A program made the position numbers and the translations under genes. Positions 50,091 through 60,500 of a stretch of DNA of 64,000 nt are shown one piece after another. The DNA is taken from assembly GCA_013239625.1 (NCBI GenBank), contig MU054204.1, positions 681,537 through 745,536 of the forward strand, read 5' to 3'. Within the stretch, counting starts at the first letter, position 1; each line of letters opens with the position of its first letter. The stretch comes from Lama guanicoe (Eukaryota). The notes beneath the pieces were generated by a model that made no database searches, had not been told where the DNA came from, and saw nothing but the letters and a program-made list of their open reading frames with translations.

Positions 50091-51049
50091 AAAGTTAAGT
50101 GAAAGCAGTCACAAAAGACCACATATTGAATAATTTCCATTTCTATTAATGAAATATTGGGGGCGCTGAGGTGTAATAGCTTAAGGGTATGACGTTTCTT
50201 TCTTTTGTGATAAAAATGTTCTAAAATTTATTGTGGTGATGGTTTGCACAGCTCTGAGTATACTAAATATCACTGAATTGTACACTTTAAAAAAGTGAGT
50301 TGTGTGGTATTTGAATATTTCAATAAAGCTGTTATAAAAAGATAACAGTGGCTAATAAAATATATTGGTTCCTTTAAAAATATTCTGTTGAATAGTGGCA
50401 AGGAAAAACTCAGTGGAACCAGTTAGGAAGTTATTGAAATAAGCCAGGCAGCTGGGACCAACATGATCCAGCATTCTTGGTCATAGCCAAGCACTTCTGT
50501 GTGGTTCTGGGCATAGCAGTTCTTAAGCAATCATCACCAGTAATTGTCTTTCTTTTTTATTGAGATAGAATTGACATATAACATTATATTAGTTTCAGGT
50601 ATATACACTAATTTTCAGTTATATAAATATCCTTAAGCACTCACTAATATATATGAACCTAGTGCTATCCCTTGCTAGGTAAATGAAGATGAGTAAAACA
50701 CAGTCATTCTCCTCAAGCATTTCTGTATTCGGAAAGATAAAGCTTGTAATGAAATAACTACAACACTAAGCAGAGTGCGATAAGCACGAAAGCAAGGTAA
50801 ATATAAAACTGCTAAGGATTTCAGAGGACACGTGTGATTACTGTCAACACAATCACTTCTGTTATAATCACCCCAGCATCACCAGGAGTGATGACTGAGT
50901 GGCTAAGTACATGAGGCACTGTTAGTTTCTATACAGAATTGGACAGTCATTGGCTTTCCTTGAACCTATACACATCCTTCCGATGGTGCCATTAAGGAAA
51001 TATATCAATAAATGTAATATACACAAACATGCGGTTCTTAGAATGGGGA

Positions 51050-52110
51050 GTGATTCTGTCAGGGAGGACTCACCAATTTCCCTTTGAATTGGAGGACTGC
51101 CTGGGCAACTGCCTTGGCAAAACGAGCGTTTGGACGGGGTGATCGCCTAAGGTGTGCAAACACGTATTCCAAGCAGCTGCGACCTCCTAGTGGCCACATG
51201 AACGCATTACCCCCATTGCCACCTTGATTTGAAAGCGACAGGCGCCAAAAGGCCAAGCCAGATATCCCCATGGGGCCACTATACCACAAAGTTGAAGACT
51301 AGGGGGTCTTTATCCCACTTTAGGGGAGTCTTCATCCTATTTTAGGGTGGTCTGCTTCCCATTTTAATGATACCTCAGTGTGTGTGTTGGGGAAGATGGC
51401 GACCGCCTACAAGGGCTGTGAGGGAACTTGCGAGCTTTCAGACCCCCTTCCTCTCCTTCGTGGTCTTTGTTTAAAACATTCACTCGCTGATAGAGAGACT
51501 ATCTGGAGGGAAGTTAAAAACCCTGACACCAGTTAATACTATATTTAAGTACTTTTAGTCAGATGTACGAGACAAGTTTGTGGGCTTGACAGGAAAAAAA
51601 AAATCCGATTAACAGCCCGAGTTCCCTCAGCCACATCTCCAGATCTGACACAGGTATATTTATATACTGATATATGGATATATGTCAGGCAAAAGGCTCT
51701 TATAATACCCAGAGAAATATGAGGTACCTTTAACAAACCACGGATCGACTGGAACGAATGCTATATATTGGATAGGCGCGCCTCAACAATCAGAAACGGA
51801 AACAAGACAAAACAAAACCAACAAAACCCAAAAAAGGGGGGGGGGGTGGGCACTAACCGCCTCAGAATAATCGCCTCAGCGCAACCGTCTCAGAGTAATC
51901 GCCTCAGAACAACCGCCTCAGCACTACCGCCTCAGCACTACCGCCTCAGCACTACCGCCTCAGCACTACCGCCGTCAGAATAAATCACCTCAGGAAAACC
52001 GCTCTCCTAGACCTCCGGGCGGACCCTACCATTCTCGCCAGCAGGGGGAGATAGCGGATCGGCACTTGGTTCGGTCAGACTTGAAGCCACCAGATGGGGC
52101 CAAAAGATCA
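51050..52110. promoter_or_regulatory. Second CpG-rich region, candidate distal CCNB3 promoter/first exon (minus-strand donor ATG|gtaggg at 52030)
   Basis: CpG retention well above the flanks; YY1-like AAGATGGCG at 51393-51401; minus-strand donors at 52030 and 51074. Confidence 0.5.
51855..51994. repeat. 14-bp CpG-containing minisatellite, about 10 units of (A/T)ACCGCCTCAGCAC
   Basis: Units start at 51855, 51869, 51883, 51897, 51911, 51925, 51939, 51953, 51967 and about 51982. Confidence 0.9.
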
Positions 52111-54428
52111 GAGCAGGGATCCTTTATATTTCTCTTCTTCTCAGGGAATTTTTCTTCTGTATTTTCAGACCTGAGAAGAAAGAAAAGGCGTAGTAATCCC
52201 AGGGCGCACACACAGACACCCCACCTCCAAGGTGATGGTAGTGGCCAGCCTCTGATCTCCCGCCAAATGGTCTCTCTTCTCCAGCTGTCCATTCATAAAG
52301 CCGGGATCGAAATAGTACCCATTTCCGAAGGTTGTGTGAGAATTAAATGAGATAATGCGTGTAAAACACAGTACCGGGCACATTTTCAGGCCTCATTCCA
52401 GACCTGCAGAATTAAAAACTCTGGGACGGGACCCAACTGTCTGTTTCTCTGTTTGTTTGTTTTTAACACCTTACTTAACATTTACTGACGTCTAACTCAG
52501 GAACAGCCAAAAGAAAAAAAGGGATGTACAGGGCAAGGTATATGGGGTGGGGGTAGCTGCGTGCAGAATTTTCATACCCTCTTCAGATACAATACCCTCT
52601 TGATCCTCGAAGTTCCCCTCCTATCTGTTTTAACAAGCCCTCCAGGTGATACTGGCAATCGCTAATGTGTGAGCATTATTGCTGAAAGAAGGAGGTTGTC
52701 CCCTCAAACAGTCAACAGAGTATTTTCTCATTATTATAGATGCCATGACTATGTGGCTTCTGACATGTTTCCTGCCTAAAATTCCAAAACCATTATTTGT
52801 TTCTTGAGCCCAGCTGTGTACCCAGTACTGCCAAGGATACAATGAGAGACAGAGAACCTGCCCTCCCTCCAGGCTGTCAATGTAGGTGATCCAGGAACAG
52901 GGAAAGTTAATTAATTCTACAAGGCCAGATCTAGTAAATGTCAGATGAATTACACAGACAATCAGCAAATATTCTAGGAAATCAGAGGAGGGAAATTTCA
53001 CAATTATACGAGGGAGGAGCCTGATCAGAAATGGCCACTGCCAAGCCAAGCCCACCCCTCAAAAATAGCTGTAAGTCATTTTCTGCAAGGCAATGGAACA
53101 GATCGTAGCCGCCTAATTAAGCTCCTACCTAAAAGGAAATCCCAAAATATATAAGCATCTGCTTTCCTTTAATACCTGCCCTCTGAAATTAAAAATTAAA
53201 ACTGTTTATAGCTTTTAAAAGTCTTTTATTTTCTCCCTCCACTGCTTCAGGCTGGAAAACAATTCAGGAGAAAAAGAAATGGAGTTCCCATTTGTATTGG
53301 TCCACAATAAACAACATCTGATAATAATTAGCATCACAGCCCACTTTCCAAATAGTCACAGTGTCATCACATAAACTAAATTAGGTAGGTTAAATCTAAG
53401 TCTGGAAGATCCTTAGTGGGACTAACAGTGATTTCATGTAGGCTGATAGTTCAGCTCATTTAAATTTCATTTTGCCATTATTCATAATAATTACATTCCA
53501 GACACAGGTCCCATTTTTATTATCTTAATAGCTCTTTCAAATCAAGCACAAACTGAAAGCATATTCAAAGTATCGACTTGTATAATTATTCACAAGTTTG
53601 TGTAGAAGAGAAGATGTCTGGGTAGAATAAACAAGGTTAGAAAATGGATGATGTGGCTGGGACATTATGCTGAACACCAGAAATTAACACATTGTAACTG
53701 AATATACTTCAACAAAAAACAATAAATATATACATTTAAAAAAAAGAAAGAAAATGTATGATGGTGATTAGGGGAAAAAAATGATGACCAAAGCTTCTGT
53801 GTTTAATATCTCTCTGTTTGGCTCTTAAGGGCTAACCTAAGTGCATACTGCTTCAAACATATTCGCACACTAATGAAGCATATTCCCTTTTTGACTCTTT
53901 GACTTTCCCTTTTTCCCACCTGTCCCTCTAGTCAGTACAGGCCAGTCTGAGAGCGTCAGCAGCTTGAGAGAAAGAAGAGGCAGTGGATATACCGTAACCT
54001 ATGACTAAGCCTCCCTACATCTCATTATTAGTTTCCCATCCCATCCAAATGCTGCTCTTGTTTGCTCCTGGTTAGCCTCCAAGATGACAGGACCTGGGTG
54101 CCAAGGGACAGGTCTCTAATCATTCATAATAGTTCTCTCTTTGTCAGTTAGGGGATTTGGTAAGACATTTTCCAGGCCGGGATCACAGTTTTTCCCTTCT
54201 GGGCTGGGAGACATAGAGGTTTGGGAGGGTTGGTGATTATTGGCTGAGTGTTTTTATCTTTGGGATAGAGATTCTTGTGATTGAATAATAAATAAACATT
54301 TTCTTTCATTGATTCGTATTCCACAGACATGAGCCAGACACAAATCTTTAATCATCAAAAGTTCCCCTTGACCAAAAGATGGTGTAGAAAAAACAGGTTC
54401 TGTATTATATATTCTAACTCATCACCAT

Positions 54429-55190
54429 TGACAAGGACTTCCTCCTTGACATAACTTGTTTTTTTAATAAAAATTGTATTTATTTAATGTGTACAACATG
54501 ATGATTTGATAGTCAGGCTCCTCTGCGCCTCCCTTCTCAACTAGGCCTCAAACTTGGTCTTATCAGAACTTCAACTTCCAGCACAAACAATTTCATCCAC
54601 TCCCTACATTAAGAGACTTAAACAAACACTAGCATAGTTTCTATCACTTCAAGGCCGTGTCCCTAGAATGATGACCCCAGCCTCCTTAAATGCCTGCCTG
54701 AGAAAGTTCAAAAGTGCCAAAAGAATTTACTGTTTATTCCAGCCAAAACCTGACTTTAGGCCCCTGGCTTCCCTTTTCTCAGAGCCCTTAATTTAGAAAA
54801 CTTCTGATTGTAAATCCTTTCTCTGTCCATTGGAGAGGTATCTTCTAGCACCCAGGAATATCTTTCCCAAAGACCTGAGAGTCATCCCTTCGAAATGTAA
54901 CCATCAAGAAAAAAAGGGTCCCTGTCTCCCAGTCACTATGGAAGGATAGGAACCTAACTTTGTTAAGTACCAGTTAGCAATCACAGACGTCCTGATCACA
55001 TTGATCAACCTCCTACCCCACAAATTTCCCTCAGCATTTTTCCTTTATCACTTCCCAGCTTTTAAAAAGCCTCCTGCCTTTTGTTTCAGTAGAGCTGAGC
55101 TCTGTTTATCTAAAGTCTCCCTTACTGCCTAATAGCCTGAATAAAATCAGTCTTGCCACCTTTAACAAAGGTCCAGCTCTGTTTTTGATG
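54429..55190 (+). mobile_element. MER31-like ERV1 solo LTR upstream of AKAP4
   Basis: TGACAAGGACTTCCTCCTTGAC…AGTCAGGCTCCTCTG…CAACTAGGCCTC; AATAAA at 55140; TSD CCAT at 54425-54428 and 55191-55194. Confidence 0.75.
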
Positions 55191-55594
55191 CCATGAATTG
55201 ACAAGATCAAAGCTGTACAGCAGGTTTAAGACATGCCATTTAGGGATAATAGATAAAAGAGGAAGGGAAGGTATAACTGAGGATATAAAACTCTATATTA
55301 TTTAGGGGGTCATCTCAACTGATTTTTTAATATTTTTTATTAATTTATAATCATTTTACAATGTTGTGTCAAATTCCAGTGTAGAGCACAATTTTTCAAT
55401 TATACATGAACATATATATATTCAGATCCATTTATTCACATGAGGTTAATGTGGAGGCATGTGGAGAAGGGACAAGGAGAAAACAAGATGAGACTAGGGC
55501 ACAGTGAGAACATTTGGTTATGGGCTAATGTTTCCCAAATAAGGCTGAACTGAAGGCATCTCAAAGTGTAACAGATAATGTTATTGGATTAACT

Positions 55595-55725
55595 TTGGGG
55601 GCGGGGCTAGTTACCTCATGATAAAGATTATAGCTTGCTGGACCAATTAGACACCCAGAATCCTAAGGTTAGAGCCTCTGATTATGTGCTGTCACTGTTC
55701 TGCATGGAAACAGTGATGTCATGAA
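55595..55725 (+). promoter_or_regulatory. AKAP4: AKAP4 upstream promoter: GC box and CRE-like TGATGTCA
   Basis: GGGGCGGGG at about 55598-55606 and TGATGTCA at 55714-55721, just upstream of exon 1a. CRE variants are typical of CREM-driven spermatid genes. Confidence 0.5.
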
Positions 55726-55734
55726 GGATGAGTT

Positions 55735-55891
55735 CTGGGACCAGCTGGTGGGCAAGCATTTAGGAGAGTATGGAGGGTTGAAGACAGCAGCAACATCTTG
55801 AGTCAGACTGGAAGGGTCATCACAGCATCCAAACTGACCAGAAATAATCATTCCAAGTTCCTCTGAAATAGCCTATTCTTCAACTACAAAG
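55735..55891 (+). other. AKAP4: AKAP4 alternative first exon 1a (non-coding here; start approximate)
   Basis: Ends …GCC TAT TCT TCA ACT ACA AAG|gtaggg, matching the exon that encodes MMAYSDTTM (human) / MIAYCGTTT (mouse) as recalled. No in-frame ATG here. Confidence 0.8.
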
Positions 55892-56360
55892 GTAGGGACA
55901 TCTTCTGACTTCTTTTTGACTAGCTGAGGGGGTGTCTTGATGGTGAAATGAAACTACAGAAGCTGCTAAGGCAGCCTCCAACTTCTCACTTTAATACTTT
56001 TATTCAGGGTACCCAGAGAGGACTTTGATTAACATTTCTCTGTTTCTTCCTAAATCCAGAGGTCTCCTGCCACATAACTCTGAATCTCTAGAGGGAAACC
56101 CAAAGAGAAATAAGCTAAGATGTGAAAATTAATACTATTTTGTTCACAGAGGCTGGTGGTAGCTCTGCATGTGAAAATTACAGACTGCCACTAAAACTGG
56201 TAACTAACATGACTACATTGTTCTGGAAGTATCTAGCATAAAGAGGAAAGAGAAAGGAGGGCTTAAGAGGCTGTGAGCTGGGCAAAATGTAAAAGAAATA
56301 TATGTACCCTTCTAGACAGAATAGGAAAAAATGTGTGGTACAGTAGACAGCCTGATGTGC

Positions 56361-56434
56361 TTTTTTTTTTAATTTTTAAATTTTTTTGGTAATAGAGGTA
56401 GTGGGAATTGAGCCACTGAGCTCTACCCTCCCCC
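56361..56434 (-). mobile_element. Truncated Vic-1-type SINE
   Basis: ccactgagctctaccctccccc head joined directly to the tail. Confidence 0.65.
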
Positions 56435-56595
56435 CACTGTGGTACTTTTGATCTGAAGGGCTGCTGAGTTTGCCAGCCTGCCCCACCTTTGCTGAGATCA
56501 CCACAGGCATTATGATCCAACAAACTCTGTTGTCATGCTGCAGGGTCAAAGGCAGAAGACAGAAGACCGGCTGATCAGTCTCTACTCAACAGCTG

Positions 56596-56718
56596 ACTGG
56601 GGTGGCAGCCAGCTGCAGGTGCCCAAGAACTTGGCACAGCCCACTTTCATCTCAAGGGGCACATCTCCCTCTGGGTGGCACATTTTCAGCAAAAGTCTAA
56701 ACTAACTTCATTATCAAG
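56596..56718 (+). other. AKAP4: AKAP4 alternative first exon 1b (5'UTR; start approximate)
   Basis: GGTGGCAGCCAGCTGCAGGTGCCCAAGAACTTGGCAC…TTCATTATCAAG|gtaata resembles the human AKAP4 short-variant leader as recalled. Confidence 0.75.
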
Positions 56719-57044
56719 GTAATAAGTTTATAAATTTTACTTTTTTTAGTTTTTTTTTTTAAGGATTTCAACTGAGGCTACATTCAGATCACATGAGGGA
56801 CCTCTATGGCTCCCTCTCTTTTTTTCTAGGCTAGTGATCTCTAGCCTTTCAAAAAAAGAAATTCCCCCTTCTGAGGGTGGGGAAAGCCTCTTTCTAGAAT
56901 TTTTTCTGGGGATTTCTAGAGATTCTTGAAGGGAGAGTCCAAAAAGATCTAGGAGGATAGGATGGGAGGGGATGGTAAATGGTTGAAAAGTAGTATTATC
57001 CTGTGAAAGGATAGCCATTAGAGGATAGTTGTTATTAAAAATGT

Positions 57045-57262
57045 TGAGAGGGAGAGAGAGCCAGAAGGAGGGAGAGGGAGGAGGGGAAGAATGGAGGTGG
57101 GAGGGAGGGAGAATGGAGGTGGGAGAGAGGGAAAATGGAGGTGGGAGGGAGGGGGGAAGGAGGAAGGGAAAGGAATGAGGGAGGAAAAGGGAGGGAAGGA
57201 TGGAAGGCTGAGGGAGGGAGGGAGAAGGGAGAGGGGAGGAGAGGAGGGAGGGAGCTAGGGGT
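57045..57262 (+). repeat. GGA/GGG-rich tract upstream of AKAP4 exon 2
   Basis: Three AATGGAGGTGGGAG units and many G3 runs. Confidence 0.85.
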
Positions 57263-57431
57263 TAAAGGGGTCTCCAGTTTGAAGGAACTTAAGGGAAAGG
57301 AATTCAACAGCCCTCTAATACTTGGCCAAAGAGACCTCTGGGCCCAGGTTCTGGTCTTCCCTCAGACCTCTCTGTATCTTAGATAAAAACCATATATCAG
57401 CCTTTCAGATTTATTTGCTTTCTCTTTCCAG

Positions 57432-57527
57432 ATGTCTGAAGATATTGACTGGTTACACAGCCACAGGGGCGTATGCAAAGTCGACCTCTACAGCCCAACT
57501 GGACAGCAAGATCAAGACCGGAAAGTG
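57432..57527 (+). CDS. AKAP4: AKAP4 exon 2 MSEDIDWLHSHRGVCKVDLYSPTGQQDQDRKV
   Basis: ttccag|ATG acceptor and GTG|gtaaga donor; AKAP3/AKAP4 family N-terminal motif. Confidence 0.96.
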
Positions 57528-60500
57528 GTAAGAAACAAAATAACTCCTACCAAGGAGTGGAAAGCATTGGCTTTTGTGTACAAATATCATGGGGCCCGGG
57601 ATAGACTAGTGGAGAGTGATATGGTGAATAATCCAAGCAATCAAGCTCAAAGTCTGTGAGGGACCAGTGTTCTCATACATCACACAGGGACAATGGAGGG
57701 AGGGGCCAGATGAGGAGTGATGTAAAGGACCTGGGGAGGGGAGGGTGGGAGGAACCTGAGAGGAGTGAGGGGTGGGGGTTGCCTAGTTACCAGCCTTTAT
57801 TACCTCACACTTCTGAAGTCATACTAATGTCACCTAGCTACAGTAAGTTACTCTCAAGTGGGACCCCCAATTTCAAGTGATTTATATAGTATTTCACATT
57901 TTTTTCATGTTCAAGCATCACTCATGATATTACTTCCAATGTATTTCTGCAGCATTTTAAAAATTGACTTACGTTTCAAAATTACCATCACCCTAAGCAA
58001 TGTTATCCATAAGACCAAAGGTTTGATGTTCTAGTATGTATTTTACCTAATGAACCACAAGAAATGCACCTATTAAACACAGAAATGTTTAACCAGGTAC
58101 CACCTAAAATCGTGTATATCATCAATAGTAAAAATACCACCTTTTGGCAATATTTGCATAATAGAGCCAGGAGCCAGGAGAATCGAGTTCTAATAAAAGT
58201 TCTACCTCTAAGTCTGTGTCATTTGGGCAAGCCACCTCTTTCCTCAGTTTTCTAAATAAATGCGTATATTGAATGTCGGACCTCTCTCACACAGGTAGGT
58301 ATTCTCACTTATGAAATAGAGTTATGTTAAGATTCTGTCTGCCTAATAAAAATCAGAACCTTGTTTAGTGAGTACTTAACTGTGTGCAAGCATGCTACTA
58401 AAAGCTTTACAGGCACTAAATCAATCCTCACAAGAACTTTATAAGGTAGGTGCTATTCTCATGTCCCAGGAAGAGAGAGATAAAGACCTTTTTCTCTAGA
58501 ATTTTTCTCAATTCACCCTCCTGATTTGATGCAGATATGCTTTGTTGATGTGTCTACTCTGACGGTGGAAGATAAAGATTCTAAGGTGGGTATTCCCTGC
58601 TCCCTTGGGAGTTGGAATGGGCAGGAAACTGCTGAGAGGGTTATCAGGGAGAACATGATAGGGAAAGGTTGTGGCAGAGGATGGGAAGGTGGAGGGGACT
58701 CAGGCAGAAAGCCATCATTCTCATGAGCTCACAATCCCTGGTTCAGAATTTCCAGTCACTCTGGATACCAAATCTCACTTTAGAAGCCACTGATGTCACT
58801 GGTAGGGCCAAGAGAATGATGGCATGTCAGAAAAGTGGCGGGGGAGGGGAACCCCATCCAAAAGATTGATGGTTCCTGAGACCAATGGCTTTGTGAATAC
58901 CTTCAGCAAGGTTGGGAGGGAGTGGTTATTTGTGAAGGGAACTTTATCTCAGTCTTTATAGACTAACTAGCATTACCAGCCTACTTTTCCTTCAGAAAGA
59001 AAAGGAATAATAGGAGACAGGACATCCATGCCTGAAAGTAGTAGCCTAGGCGGGGGCCAGCTTGGAAAAAATCTCAGAGCAACTGTTCATGAGAATCTTG
59101 CCCCTTAATTCCATAGGATGCCACTGGTTCCAGTTCAGAAGATGAATTGAACCTGGAGCATCTGGAAGAAAAAGAGATTATAGTGATCAAAGATACTGAG
59201 AAGCAAGACCAGTCTAAGGTACATACTTAGCCTCTGAGTCTACCCTTTCTTGGTTCCAGAGCCCAGTGCTGAATCTGAGGACTCTGATTCAGAGACAGTA
59301 AGAGATCTATTGTCAAACAGGCTCCCAAATTTGAATAATATGACATTCTAGAGAACACAGGCCTAAGTTCACAGTCACGGTAAGTTCAATGCCCAGGTAT
59401 CTCACAATGACACAAATCACAAAGGCTCAGAATGCCCTTTCCTGATTTCAAGTAGCTACTTCAAATAGAATCTTGCTACACTGATCCTAACAAAGATATG
59501 GGCTTACAAAAAAGAACCATTGCAATGTTCTTTGTGGCTTGTAATGGACTTGTGTATCCCACATTGCCCAGTGTCCCAACAACAAAGAGGATATGAAGAG
59601 AGAACAATGAAGGAAAACTATAGTTGCCTCGTCTCCACCCTGTTGTTTAAGGGATTAACCAGGCTGTTGGGTAGCATAAAGTTAGAAGCAATTACACTTA
59701 TGCACCACTGTCACATACAGAATCCTTTTTTGTGTAAATATCCTCAATTCTATCTGTTAGGCAAGTTTTGGCAGGGGGAGGTGGCCACAGGAGAACATGA
59801 CAAGTCACTCTTACAGTCCTACAAGCCTGGAGGAGCTGATATTGGACCAGGATATTTGGCTCTAGGGCAAAGGAGTCAAATATTTCTTGTTGTGTGTTCC
59901 TGGGCTCATATTATAACCAGAAACGTCATTTCTGGCCCCAGATGCCTTTGGAGTGATGAGAGTGGACCCTGAGGAAGGGGAAAACAGTTACAAAATACTC
60001 TCCACAGAGTGTTAGGTTCAGTTAGGGGTGGTCAACTCCATTTGGGGGTCTCAGTAAAGGGATAAATTATAGCTGGTATTTTTAAAAGAGCTACCCAAAT
60101 TTACAACACACGATGCAGATCCCCTTGATTGTCACTGAAGCCCATTTGCAAAAAGTGGGCTTTATGACCTCATGTTTCCAGGAATTCAGTGATGATGCAA
60201 TGAATGGGGGATGGAGGCCAATGGTACTTAGTGCTGAGTATAAGATGTGTACACAGTACATACACACAAATCAAAACATGGGCATACACAGTCACAAGTA
60301 TGGATATACACATATACATTTACACACAGTGACACACACATAGATATATACATTAATATACATTAACAAAAAAATGTATACAAGCAATGGCACACACGTG
60401 CCTGGCTACATGTGACACTGAGAATCACACACAAGCACTGAAATGACAAACTTATACGGTGACCTATTCATAACAATGATTACACACATATACAAAGACA

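Noticed and set aside
51855..51994. 14-bp repeats as a CRISPR-like array
   Set aside because: Head-to-tail units without unique spacers; eukaryotic context; no cas genes.
59520..59972. 150-aa ORF in AKAP4 intron 4 (and the 141-aa ORF at 52630-53055)
   Set aside because: Non-ATG starts, no recognisable domain and no splice context; lengths compatible with chance.
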